Below, piece after piece: positions 21,460 to 32,370 of a stretch of DNA of 64,000 nucleotides; the stretch's first letter is position 1; every line of letters starts with the position of its first letter. The notes under the pieces were generated by a model. It did not search any database. It had not been told where the DNA came from and saw only the letters and a program-made list of their open reading frames with translations. The stretch is from an uncultured Holophagales bacterium (GTDB taxonomy: Bacteria; Acidobacteriota; Thermoanaerobaculia; Multivoradales; UBA5704). Location: NCBI GenBank assembly GCA_963842525.1, contig CAWJGT010000001.1, positions 320,001 to 384,000 on the forward strand, in the 5' to 3' direction. A program made the translations under genes and the position numbers.

Positions 21460-24400
21460 ATGACCCCGAAGAAGAAGCTCATCGAAGTCGCCCTCCCGCT
21501 CGACGCCATCAACAAGGCCAGCGCGCGGGAGAAGTCCATCCGCCACGGGCACCCGTCCACGCTCCACCTCTGGTGGGCGCGGCGGCCTCTTGCGGCGGCG
21601 CGGGCCGTGATCTTCTCCCAGATGGTGGACGATCCCTCGGCCTACGTGGATGTGCTCCGGGCGGACCCGAAGCTGCGCCGGAAGGCAGAGGCCGTGCTCA
21701 AGGCCCGTCTGAAGCTGTGGCAGGAGGCCCGGACTCTCGCCGAGAAGGCCAAAGAGGCCGGGCTCCCGGTGCCGGAACCAGGGCCGGCACCGACACTCGA
21801 CGACATGCTGGCCGACCAGGAGCGCCAGCGGCTGTTCCGCATCATCGAGGATCTGGTGCTGTGGGAGAACACCACCAACGAGAAGGTGCTGCAGGCGGCG
21901 CGCGACGAGATCTGGCAGAGCTGGCGGCGGACCTGCGCCGAGAACGCCGATCACCCCCGCGCCAAGGAGCTTTTCGATCGCCACAAGCTTCCCGCCTTCC
22001 ACGATCCCTTCGCCGGCGGCGGGTCGCTGCCGCTGGAGGCGCAGCGTCTGGGGCTGGAGAGCTACGCCAGCGATCTCAATCCCGTGGCGGTGCTGATCAA
22101 CAAGGCGATGATCGAAATCCCGCCCAAGTTCGCGGGCCGGCCGCCGGTGAATCCCGACTATCGCAAATCTCTTTTTTCGCTGGGAGCGCCGGCTTCCAGC
22201 CGGCCCCATCCGCCCGAGCACAAGGAATGGTTCAGCCGAGGCTACCTGCCGCACTTCGATGTTCCCGACCTTCTGCAATCCATCACCTTCCGGTTGGCCG
22301 ATTCTCTTCCCCAGGAGGCGTTGGACGAGATGGCCCGTGAGCTCGCGGCACACGCGGAAACCCAACGGCAGACGGAACGAGAGAGGCGCATCGCCACCTA
22401 CCTCGACGCCGGTCACGGCGCATGCTGGCTCAAGGATCCCCGCGTCGCAGCCCTGGTCGAGAACGCCCTCCTCCATTTCGACGGCCAGCGCTACCGGCTG
22501 CTCGCCTGGTGTGTGATGCCCAATCATGTCCATGCCCTCGTGGAGACGAAGGACGGATTCCCGCTTTCGGAGATCGTCCATTCCTGGAAATCCTTCACGG
22601 CCAACGAAGCGAACAAGATCCTCGACCGCAAGGGGGAGTTCTGGCAGCGCGAATATCACGACCGCTTCATCCGGGACGATGACCATTACCGGAATGCTGT
22701 GGTCTACATCGAAAGCAATCCGGTCAAGGCCGGGTTGGCGAAGTCCGCGGAAGCATGGAGATATTCCAGCGCCTGGAGCTACGAAGAAAAAAAGGCCGGC
22801 AAGGATGCCGGCGCTCCCAGCATGTGGCGCGGCGCGCAGGGACTAGCCGAGGACGTGCGCTACTACGGGCAGTGGATGCGCGACGAGGCGGAGAAGCGGA
22901 TCGGCCACCTCTACCCGAAAGTCGAAGTCACGGTCGAGATGGTGAAGGAGCGGCCCGACCTCGAAGTCCTACGTGGGCCAGAAGCTGACAGTGATCGCTT
23001 GGCTCTGGGCGCGCACGGTGAAGAGCCCGAACCCGGCCTTCGCGCAGGTGGACGTGCCGCTCGCTTCCACCTTCATGCTCGCCAATAAGGAGGGCAAGGA
23101 AGCGTACGTCGAGCCGGTGATCGAAGGAGACGGCTACCGCTTCACGGTGAAGATGGGCAAACCCAAGGACGCTGATGCAGTAGAGAGTGGCACCAAACTC
23201 TCGCGCGGAAGCTTCCGATGCCTATGTCTCGGGCGTACCGATCCCGTACGAATATATCAGATGACGAGGCCAAGGCCGACCGCATGGGCGCGCGGCTGAT
23301 GGCTGTTGTTGCCGAGGGTGGGCGCGGGCGAGTTTATCTTACACCGACTGAGACTATGGACATGGTGGCGCAAGCGGCAATGCCGACGTGGAAGCCAGAT
23401 GCTCCGAGCCGAGGGACATGGGCAAGCAATGCTCAAGGGCGCCGTTATGGGTTTCGAACATTTGGCGACTATTTCACCCCCCGGCAACTCGTGGCGCTAA
23501 CGACCTTCTCCGATCTGGTGCAGGAAGTGCGCGAGCGCGTGAAGTGTGATGCCCTCGCCGCAGACCTGCCGGATGACGGCAAGCCTCTCGCCTCCGCCGG
23601 CATCGGCGCTGCGGCCTATGCGGATGCCGTAGGAGTTTATCTTGGGCTTTCTGCAAGCAAGGCGGCCGACAATAATTCGACGATTTGTTCATGGATGCCC
23701 GGCATCAAATACGAAGTCGTAAGGAATACCTTCTCACGACAGGCCATCCCAATGACCTGGGACTTCGCTGAGTCGAATCCCTTTGCTGAGTCATCTGGAG
23801 ATTTCTATCAGCAGGTAAAGCGCGCTCTAACTGTGTTCGAGATTTCCTTCGTCACAGCCGGTGCCAATGGCAGTAGTGCCCAGGCAGATGCGCAGTCTGG
23901 CATCGGCTCTGTTCCCCGGGTTGTTTCTACCGATCCACCCTACTACGACAACATCGGCTACGCCGACCTCTCGGATTTCTTCTACGTCTGGCTGCGTCGC
24001 TCGCTGAAGTCGATCTTCCCCGACCTCTTCGCCACCCTCGCCGTGCCCAAGGCCGAGGAACTGGTTGCGACGCCCTACCGCCACGGCAGCAAAGAGAAGG
24101 CGGAGGCGTTCTTCCTCGACGGCATGACGCAGGCGATGCACCGTCTTGCCGAGCAGGCGCATCCGGCCTTCCCGGTAACCATCTACTAGCCTTCAAGCAG
24201 TCGGAGACTGGGACCGAAGGAGACGGCGGCACTGCCAGCACAGGCTGGGACACCTTCCTCGAGGCTGTGATCCGTGCCGGCTTCGCCATCAGCGGCACTT
24301 GGCCGATGCGCACGGAGCGTGGAGCCCGGTCGATTGGGGTTGGTACAAACGCCCTTGCCTCCAGCATCATCCTCGTCTGCCGCCCCCGAGCGGCCGACGC

Positions 24401-25132
24401 ACCCACCGCCACTCGCCGCGAGTTCGTCACCGCGCTTAAGGCCGAGCTGCCGAAGGCGCTCGCTCTCCTGCAGCGCGGCAACATCGCCCCGGTGGACCTC
24501 GCGCAGGCGGCCATCGGCCCAGGCATGGCGGTCTACACCCGCTACGCCCAGCGTGCTCGACGCCGAGGGCAAGCCGCTTCGCGGTGCGCGAGGCGCTGGC
24601 ACTGATCAACCAGACTCTCGACGAGGCACTGGCCGAGCAGGAGGGCGACTTCGATGCCGACAGCCGCTGGGCGCTGACTTGGTTCGAGCAGTCGGGCTTC
24701 GCCGAGGGCGAGTACGGCATGGCCGAACAGCTCTCCAAGTCCAAGAACACAAGCGTTGACGGCATGGGCGAAGCCGGCATCCTCGAAGCCAAGCGCGGCA
24801 AGGTGCGGCTGCTCCGGCCCGAGGAGCTTCCCGCAGACTGGGACCCGACCACCGACGCCCGCCTCACCGCCTGGGAGATGGTCCACCACCTGATCCGCGT
24901 GCTCGAAGCTGGCGGCGAGCGCGCGGCGTCCGTGCTCGCAGCCAAGCTCGGCACCAAGGCCGAGATCGCCCGCGAGCTCTGCTACCGCCTCTACACCCTC
25001 TGCGAGCGCAAGAAGCGGGCGGCTGAGGCGCTCTCGTACAACGGGCTCGTCCAGAGCTGGCCCGAGATCACCCGCCTCGCCCGGGAAGGGCAAGCTGTAC
25101 CCGACCGGCCGAAGCTCCCTGGAATGGAGTGA
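21460..25132 (+). CDS. DUF1156 adenine DNA methyltransferase with in-frame RAYT insert (apparent frameshifts downstream)
   Basis: [18 protein letters not shown] (SAM binding), [11 protein letters not shown] (DPPY catalytic). Confidence 0.9.
22179..22821 (+). mobile_element. REP-associated tyrosine transposase (RAYT, Y1 HUH) flanked by inverted REP hairpins
   Basis: [23 protein letters not shown] (HUH), [24 protein letters not shown]; 15-bp perfect terminal inverted repeat GCTGGGAGCGCCGGC (22179-22193 and 22807-22821). Confidence 0.9.
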
Positions 25133-25134
25133 CC

Positions 25135-25434
25135 ATGACTCACTTGGCGATCTCTGATGAGCAACTGGCGCAGTTCTGCCGGAAGCAGCACATCCGGCGC
25201 TTATCCCTGTTCGGCTCAACGCTCGCGGGTATTGCGAGGCCCGACAGCGACATCGATCTGCTGGTGGAGTTCGAGCCCGGCCGTGAGCCGGGCCTGCTCG
25301 GGCTTGCCACGATGGAGGCCGAGCTAGCCGCGATGCTAGGCGGGAAAAAGGTCGACCTGCGCACCCCGCAGGATCTCAGCCGGCACTTTCGCGACCAGGT
25401 GGTGCGGACGGCCGAGGTCCAATATGCAGCATGA
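25135..25434 (+). CDS. MNT nucleotidyltransferase antitoxin
   Basis: [16 protein letters not shown]; KVDLRT. Confidence 0.9.
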   Translation: MTHLAISDEQLAQFCRKQHIRRLSLFGSTLAGIARPDSDIDLLVEFEPGREPGLLGLATMEAELAAMLGGKKVDLRTPQDLSRHFRDQVVRTAEVQYAA

Positions 25435-25510
25435 GGATCGAGTCCGCATCCTCCACATCACGGTAGAAGTTCTCCCTTTGTTGCGAGCATTGGCCGGTAC
25501 GATCACCTGA
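25424..25510 (+). pseudogene. Collapsed HepT/DUF86 HEPN toxin remnant
   Basis: 28-aa [31 protein letters not shown] overlapping the MNT stop; resembles a DUF86 start joined to its end. Confidence 0.55.
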
Positions 25511-25521
25511 GAGGCTTCAAA

Positions 25522-28500
25522 ATGGCAACAACCAACCACGACCGCGTCAGCAAGGCTCTCGGGCTGCTCAATGCAGGCCTGCGCCCCTTCGTCGAGCGCG
25601 AGCTCAAGTCAGTGTTCGGCGAAAACTGGGGCGCCGAGGTGAAGGAAACCTTGAGCGATACGCGCCTCGGTGGCGGTAAGGGTGATGCGCTGCAGGATGT
25701 CGCGGTGCAGTTGGTCATCATGGATCGACATTGGGGCGCTGTCTTCCGCAAGACTCTGGGAAAGGCAGAGCGTAGTCTGGTGAACGAGCTTCTGGAGGTT
25801 CGGCATCGTTGGGCGCACCAGAACCTCTTCTCGAGCGACGATGCCGACCGCGCGCTCGACTCCATAGCCCGGCTCTTGACCGCGATCTCGGCGCCCGAGG
25901 CCGACGAGGTCGGCAAGATGAAGATGGAGCTGCGGCGGCTGATGTTCGACGAGCAGGTGCGCAGCGAGAAGCGCAAGAGCGCCGGCACGGCCATCGAGAG
26001 CGCGGCGGCGGGCACCCTCAAGCCCTGGCGCGAGGTCGTCACGCCGCACAAGGACGTGGCGAGCGGACGCTACCAGCAGGCCGAGTTCGCCGCCGATCTC
26101 TGGCAGGTGCATCTGGGCGAAGGGACGGACGAGTACAGGAACCCGGTCGAGTTCTTCCGCCGCACCTACCTCACCGAAAGCCTGAAAGCGATGCTGGTCG
26201 GCGCCGTGCGGCGCCTCTCCGGCCAGGGCGGCGACCCGGTGGTGCAGCTCCAGACCAACTTCGGCGGTGGCAAGACGCACTCGATGCTGGCGCTCTACCA
26301 CCTGTTCTCCGGCGTCGACCCCGAGCGAGCTGGCGGGCATCGACGCGGTGCTGGCAGGAGGCGGGCGTCAAGAGCCTGCCCAGCGGCGCAGCGCGTCGTC
26401 CTGGTGGGCAACAAGATCTCGCCCGGCAATCCGGTCACCAAGCCGGACGGCACCGTCGTCCGCACGCTGTGGGGCGAGCTGGCGTGGCAGCTCGGCGGCA
26501 AGAAGGCCTTCGCCCGCATCCAGGCCGACGACGAGAAGGCCACCAGCCCCGGCGACGTGCTGCGCGAGCTGTTCGTCGAGTACGGACCGTGCCTGATCCT
26601 GATCGACGAATGGGTGGCCTACGCGCGCCAGCTCCACGACCAGAGCGATCTGCCGGCTGGCGGCTTCGAGACCCAGTTCACTTTCGCCCAGGTGCTGACC
26701 GAATCGGCCAAGCTGGCGAGCAACTGCCTGCTCGTCATCAGCCTGCCCGCCTCGGACACCTCCGGCTCACCGCACACGCAGGCGGACAATGTGGAGGTCG
26801 GCGGCCAGCGGGGGCGGGAGGCGCTCGACCGGCTGCGCAACGTGGTGGGGCGCGTCGAGTCCTCCTGGCGGCCGGCGAGCGCCGAGGAGGGCTTCGAGAT
26901 CGTGCGCCGGCGGCTGTTCGAGCCGATCTCGGACCCGGCGCAATATCAAGGACCGCGATGTCGTGGCGCGGGCCTTCGCCGACTTCTATCGCACGCAGGA
27001 AGCGGAGTTTCCGCCCGAGTGCCGCACGGCCGACTACGAGAAGCGCATCAAGGCCGCCTATCCCATCCACCCGGAGATCTTCGACCGGCTCTACACCGAC
27101 TGGTCGACCCTGGTGAAGTTCCAGCGCACGCGCGGCGTGTTGCGACTGATGGCGGCGGTCATCCACAGCCTCTGGGAGAAGGGGGACAGGAACCCGCTGA
27201 TCCTGCCGGCGAACATCTCGATCGACGACAACCGCGTCCAGTTCGAGCTGACGCGCTACCTCTCGGACAACTGGGTGCCGGTGATCGAGAAGGACGTCGA
27301 CGGCCCCAGCTCGCTGCCCCTGCGGATGGACAGCGACGTGCCGAACCTCGGCAAATTCTCCGCCTGCCGGCGTGTGGCACGCACCATCTACCTGGGCTCG
27401 GCGCCGCTGACCCAGGCCGCGCACCGCGGCCTCGAAGACCGGCGGGTGAAGCTCGGCTGCGTGATGCCCGGCGAATCGCCCGCAGATCTTCGGCGATGCC
27501 CTGCGGCGGCTCGCCGGAGCGGCGACCTATCTCTATCAGGATGGCGCGCGCTATTGGTATTCCACCCAGCCCACCGTGACCAAGCTGGCGGAAGACCGCG
27601 CCGAGCAATTGAAGCGCGAGCCGGACAAGGTCGTGCACGAGATCGACAAGCGCCTGCGGGCCGACCTCGCGAAAAAGGATGATCTTCAACCGCATCCACC
27701 CGCTGCCGCCCACCGGGTATGACGTGCCGGACGACCTCGAGGCGAGGCTCGTGGTGATCGGAGTGGATCATTCCTACAGCAAGGAGCCGGGCAACGCGGC
27801 CGAGACCTTCGCGAAGGCCATTCTGGAGATGCGCGGCAACGCGCCCCGCCTCTATCGCAACGCCCTCGTCTTCCTCGCCGCGGACAAGACCCGTCTGCAG
27901 GACCTGGACGAGGCGGCTCGCAAGTATCTCGCGTGGGAATCGATTCTGGCCGAGAAGGCTGGTCACTGAACCTCGATCCACAGCAGGTCAAGCAGGCCGA
28001 GACGCAGAAAATCGCCGCCGACAGCGTCGTCACCGCCCGCATCCCGGAAACCTATCAATGGTTGCTGGTGCCCGGGCAGGAGAAGCCGGACCACGCGATC
28101 GAGTGGCAGGCCCACAAGCTCACCGGCCAGGATGTGTTGTCGGCGCGCGTGAGCAAGAAGCTGCGGAACGATGAGCGCCTGCTGACCGTTTTCGCCGGCA
28201 CGAGACTCCGTATGGAGCTCGACCGGGTCCCTCTCTGGCGCGGCGACCACGTGGAGGTCAAGCAGCTCGCCGAAGACTTTGCGCGCTATCTCTACCTGCC
28301 GCGGCTCAAGGATACGTCAGTCTTGATCGGTGCCATTCGCGATGGGATGACGCTCCTGACCTGGCAGCAGGAGAGCTTCGCCTTCGCCGACAGCTTCGAC
28401 GAGAGCGCCGGCCGCTACCGGGGCCTGCGCGGAGGGCAGGGCATTTCTCTCTCCGGCACCGACACGGCAGGCGTCCTGGTGAAGGGGGACGTCGCCCGCG

Positions 28501-28850
28501 CACAGCTCGATGCCGAGAGCACTCCGGCGCCCGGCGGCGCCGGATCGACCCCGGCCGGGCCGGCGCAGTCCGGAGAGAGCGTCTCGCCCGAAAGCTCGAA
28601 GCCCGTGGCGGTCCAGCCCAAGCGCTTCCACGGCACAGTCACCCTCGATCCCGCCCGCGTCGGGCGCGACGCCGGCCGCGTGGCCGAAGAGGTGATCGTC
28701 CACCTGGCCGGTCTCCTCGGAGCGAGAGTGACTGTCACACTCGAAATCGAAGCCGAGATCCCCGCGGGCACTCCGGATCATGTCGTACGGACGGTCACGG
28801 AGAACAGCCGGACGCTGAAGTTTACGAGCCAGGGGTTTGAGAAGGAGTAA
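25522..28850 (+). CDS. Swt1-like HEPN plus DUF499 AAA+ ATPase (apparent frameshifts)
   Basis: RHRWAH (Rx4H), EFAADL, LQTNFGGGKTHS (Walker A), ILIDE (Walker B), YPIHPE, FQRTRGVLRLMA. Confidence 0.9.
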
Positions 28851-28927
28851 GGGGGAGGCCTTCCGGACAGCTCTCCAAGGCTTTCGAACGTTGGGCTCGT
28901 CACAAAATCAGTGTCTCATCTCGGCGC

Positions 28928-30205
28928 TCAGCGGTTGACCGGCCGCTCGTTGATCCAGTGGAAGCCCCGGCTGATGAGCAGGAACCGGGAATCGTCCATC
29001 CGGCGGAACCGGCCGCGGATCTGCTTGCCGTTCACCGTCCCCTCCAAGGCGAGCACGTCCGGCCCGACCCGCTTGAAGGAGATGGCGGCCTTCCACTCCG
29101 GGTCGCAGCAGAGGGTGAACACGTGTGGCCCGGGATCCAGTCTGAGCTCGTATTCGTGGACCTCGGTCGCGTGTGGGTACTGGATGCCGATGGCCCCCGG
29201 CCACTCGAAGACCAGCCGTCGCCACAGCGTCTCGTCCGTGACCAGCAGCGGCCGGACGGCCCCGTCGACCGCGAGCTCCTCGACCTCCCAGATCCCGTAC
29301 AACCGCTGCTGGGTCGCCACGTCCGCAAATTGCAGCCTGTCCTCGTAGGATCGGTGGAGCGCAGCGACGGTGATGTACAGAATGAACACCGTGCGGAAGA
29401 CCAGCGCGGCGAGGTTGCCTTGGCGGCTGGCGAAGAGCGGGCGCTGCTCGGCCGGCGGCACCGGGCGGTTCCAGACGAACAGGCTCGCGAGCCGCCTCAG
29501 GTCGGGAGCGGCCAGGAAGACGGCCATCAGGAGCAGGTGGGATGAGTACAGCTTGACCGGCACGTCGTAGCTGAGGTTGAGCATGACCACGTTGCTCAGG
29601 ACTCCGATGCACACGAGCGCGCCGAGCAGCGTCGTGCGGCGGGCGACGAGCAGCAGGCCGCCGAGCATCTCGGCCGCGCCGGTGAAGATGACGTAGGGAA
29701 TGGACGCCCCCATGAACGTCCACAGGAGCCCCATCGGCGAGCTCTCGCCGATCGGCTGCAGGAGGGTGCTCGGAAACGGGGTGCCGAACTGCTCCGGGAT
29801 GACCTTGTACGCTCCATACAGGATCATCGCAGCCGCGAGCGCGAAGCGGACGTAGACCCGCAGCCATGCGTGGAGCTGCGCGTAGTTGGCGCGCCGGCTG
29901 TCCAGGAGCGTCCAGACGGCCGTGGCCGCCAGCGCGAGGATCAAATAGCAGAAGATGAGCACGTAGCTGTAGGTCGTGTCTCCCCTGGGGCGATAGAGGA
30001 CCTCGACCCCGAATATGTGCTCTCCCACCCAGGGCGGGACCACTTTCCAGGTCTCCGTATACGACTCTCTCAGGATCTCGCCATAGGCGGGAATGACGCT
30101 CAGGAGGTAGGGGACGTTGTAGAGGACAAGGTAGGAGAACAGGAACCGGAACAGGGCTCGCTGCACGGCTCCCCACGCGGAGTTGTCCTGCCTCAGTTGC
30201 TCCAT
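28928..30205 (-). CDS. DoxX-like membrane protein
   Basis: YGAYKVIPEQF, SPMGLLWTFMG, NLSYDVPVKLYSSHLL. Confidence 0.75.
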   Translation of the reverse strand: MEQLRQDNSAWGAVQRALFRFLFSYLVLYNVPYLLSVIPAYGEILRESYTETWKVVPPWVGEHIFGVEVLYRPRGDTTYSYVLIFCYLILALAATAVWTLLDSRRANYAQLHAWLRVYVRFALAAAMILYGAYKVIPEQFGTPFPSTLLQPIGESSPMGLLWTFMGASIPYVIFTGAAEMLGGLLLVARRTTLLGALVCIGVLSNVVMLNLSYDVPVKLYSSHLLLMAVFLAAPDLRRLASLFVWNRPVPPAEQRPLFASRQGNLAALVFRTVFILYITVAALHRSYEDRLQFADVATQQRLYGIWEVEELAVDGAVRPLLVTDETLWRRLVFEWPGAIGIQYPHATEVHEYELRLDPGPHVFTLCCDPEWKAAISFKRVGPDVLALEGTVNGKQIRGRFRRMDDSRFLLISRGFHWINERPVNR

Positions 30206-30488
30206 CTTGCCTCCGTGGTCGGTGAGGCCAGTGTACCCTACCCCCCTATTTCCCGTTCTCCTGCTTCGGATCGATCCGAAGCCTTCCAGAAGATTTTGGC
30301 GGACTGTCCGGATGACGTGATGCTCATTCAAGAAAGGACTGGGGACAAGATCCACATAACCCTGACGAGAGAGAGGAGATGAGCGGCCCGGCCCGGCGGA
30401 GGTGCAAGGCGTTTATCTGAAGGGGGTGAATGGGGGAGCATAGGAAGGACAGGTTGAAATCATCCAGCTTTACACCTATGCTCCCGCC

Positions 30489-30761
30489 ATGGCATTGAAC
30501 ATCAAGAGCCCGGAGGTGGAGAAGTTGGTGACGGCTGTCGCCGCGATGACCGGCGAGAGCAAGACGGAAGCCGTCCTTCGTGCCTTGGCGGAGCGCCGCG
30601 AGCGGCTGAGCCTGCAACACCCACGTCGTGAGCGCGGCAGCGATTTCCTGCGCTATCTCAACGAGGAGGTGTGGCCGAAGGCCCCGCCGGGCCAACTTGG
30701 CCGTCGCCTCAGCCGCGAGGAGGAGGACAAGATCCTTGGGTACGGACCGGGGGGCGTGTGA
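30489..30761 (+). CDS. vapB: VapB antitoxin
   Basis: MALNIKSPEVE..GESKTEAV..ILGY. Confidence 0.9.
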   Translation: MALNIKSPEVEKLVTAVAAMTGESKTEAVLRALAERRERLSLQHPRRERGSDFLRYLNEEVWPKAPPGQLGRRLSREEEDKILGYGPGGV

Positions 30762-31144
30762 TTCTCGACACCTCGGTCGTTGTCGCCATCGCCTTGCGAG
30801 AGCCGGGCTATGAGGATCTGGTAGCCAGGCTTCGGTCCGCGGAGACGATCGGCATCGGCGCTCCGACCCTCACGGAAGCCGGAATGGTGCTGTCGGCGCG
30901 CCTGGGTGTCGAGCCGCAAGCTCTACTGGATCGGTTTCTCCGCGATTTCGGGGTCGTGCCGGTGGTCTTTGGAGAGCTGCACTGGCGGGAAGCACTGGAA
31001 GCCTTCCGCCGTTTCGGCAAGGGGCGGCATCCGGCCGCCCTCAACTTCGGTGATTGCCTGAGCTACGCCGCCGCCCGGCTCGCCGACCATCCTCTTCTCT
31101 TCGTCGGCAACGACTTCTCCCAGACAGACATCGAGGCGGCCTGA
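30758..31144 (+). CDS. vapC: VapC PIN toxin
   Basis: ILDTS, LNFGDCLSYA, GNDFSQTD. Confidence 0.92.
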   Translation: MILDTSVVVAIALREPGYEDLVARLRSAETIGIGAPTLTEAGMVLSARLGVEPQALLDRFLRDFGVVPVVFGELHWREALEAFRRFGKGRHPAALNFGDCLSYAAARLADHPLLFVGNDFSQTDIEAA

Positions 31145-31225
31145 GCGCCCGCGCTTGAGAGCCCGTGAGGGGGAGTCTCATCCTCCTCGTGGCCGGCTCT
31201 CTATCTTCTAACTGGACCGGGACTG

Positions 31226-31613
31226 TCAGGCCCAAAGGATCTCGACTTCGTAGGGCTCCAGGAGCCGGTCGTGCGTGACGAGGGTCAAGCCTTCGGCTTG
31301 CGCCTGGGCAACCAGCATCCGGTCGAAAGGGTCCCGGTGGTGGGGAGGAAGGGCGCCGGCCCGCTCGGCGTGGGAGAACGTGATGAGGAGCCTCTCGAAA
31401 CCGCTCGCGAGGACACCTGCCTCCATCGTGTCGGGGAAGCTCGAGACGGCCCAAAGAGACCTTGATCGCAGCCTCCCAGGCTGAGGCCGCGCTCACGAAC
31501 ACGATTTCTGCCGATGCGATCTTGCTTTGTACGTCGGCGGCCAACCGAGAGGGCTCGCCACGCCACCAGAGAAAGACGTGGGTATCGAGTAGGAGCCGGG
31601 TTGAAGGGTTCAC
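31226..31613 (-). CDS. vapC: VapC PIN toxin (one apparent frameshift near 31435)
   Basis: LLLDTHVFLW, SAASAWE, HRDPFDRMLVAQA. Confidence 0.85.
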
Positions 31614-31621
31614 TCACGCCC

Positions 31622-31858
31622 TCACTCAAAGGCGACCTGGATCTCCGGCGGCAGGGGAGCGTCGAAGTCTTCCGAGATGCGCACCCTGCCTTCCCATCCG
31701 CCAGGCCGACGCGGCCCAGGAGGCCGATGGAATGGCACAAGCTTGGCGAGAGGCTTGCCCGCCTTGGACAGAATGATCTCCTCACCGTTCGCGGCGCGGT
31801 CGACGAGCCGCGAGAGAGAAGTTTTCGCCTCGTACAGATTGTAGATGACCTCGGACAT
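31622..31858 (-). CDS. Phd/YefM antitoxin
   Basis: NLYEAKTSLSRLV..GEEIIL..GKPLAKL; TGACCAA direct repeat upstream. Confidence 0.88.
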   Translation of the reverse strand: MSEVIYNLYEAKTSLSRLVDRAANGEEIILSKAGKPLAKLVPFHRPPGPRRPGGWEGRVRISEDFDAPLPPEIQVAFE

Positions 31859-32109
31859 CGGAAGACCCCCAGGTTGACCAACCCTGACCAAGTCTAAGGA
31901 GTCCGGTGGTCGCGGTCAAGAGGCAGCGCTCGGCCTTTCTCGCCAACTCCGCAGCCTGAAACAGGTGCACTGTATAGTCAGGGACGGTCCCTCCCTCCCG
32001 CAGTGGGAGACCGGAGCGGATGCCGTTAGACCGGAACGGGCGACATGCCGCTCGGGCGACGGCGAAGAGTTGAGAGGAAATCTCGAAGCGCTCGAAGAGG
32101 ATTTGGCGG

Positions 32110-32365
32110 GCTTTCGGGACGATTCTGGAGGCCTTCCGGACAGTTCTCCAGGGCTTCCGGACGGTTCTCCAAGGCTCCGGAAAGATTCTGGAGCCCTCCA
32201 GAAAAAATTCCAAGGGCTCCAAAAGTTTTTCCAACCCTTCCGAAGACTTCTGGAGCCCTCCAGAACTTTTCTCCAGGGCTTCGGGTCGGTTCCGAAGGCT
32301 TCCGGAAGTTTTCTGGACGGCTCGAAAAAATTCTGGAAGGCTTCGGGAAGCCTCCGGAGCCCTCC
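32110..32365. repeat. Degenerate ~21-bp tandem array D, about 12 units
   Basis: Units such as CTTCCGGACAGTTCTCCAGGG and CTCCGGAAAGATTCTGGAGCC. Confidence 0.85.
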
Positions 32366-32370
32366 CGATC

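Noticed and set aside
22179-22821. Insert as an intein or an IS200/IS605 element
   Set aside because: No Cys/Ser start or His-Asn end and no tnpB; the motifs and inverted REP hairpins fit a RAYT.
24187-24189. TAG in the methylase as a recoded stop
   Set aside because: The downstream coding sequence is in another frame; a single missing base in TAC-TAT-GCC explains it.
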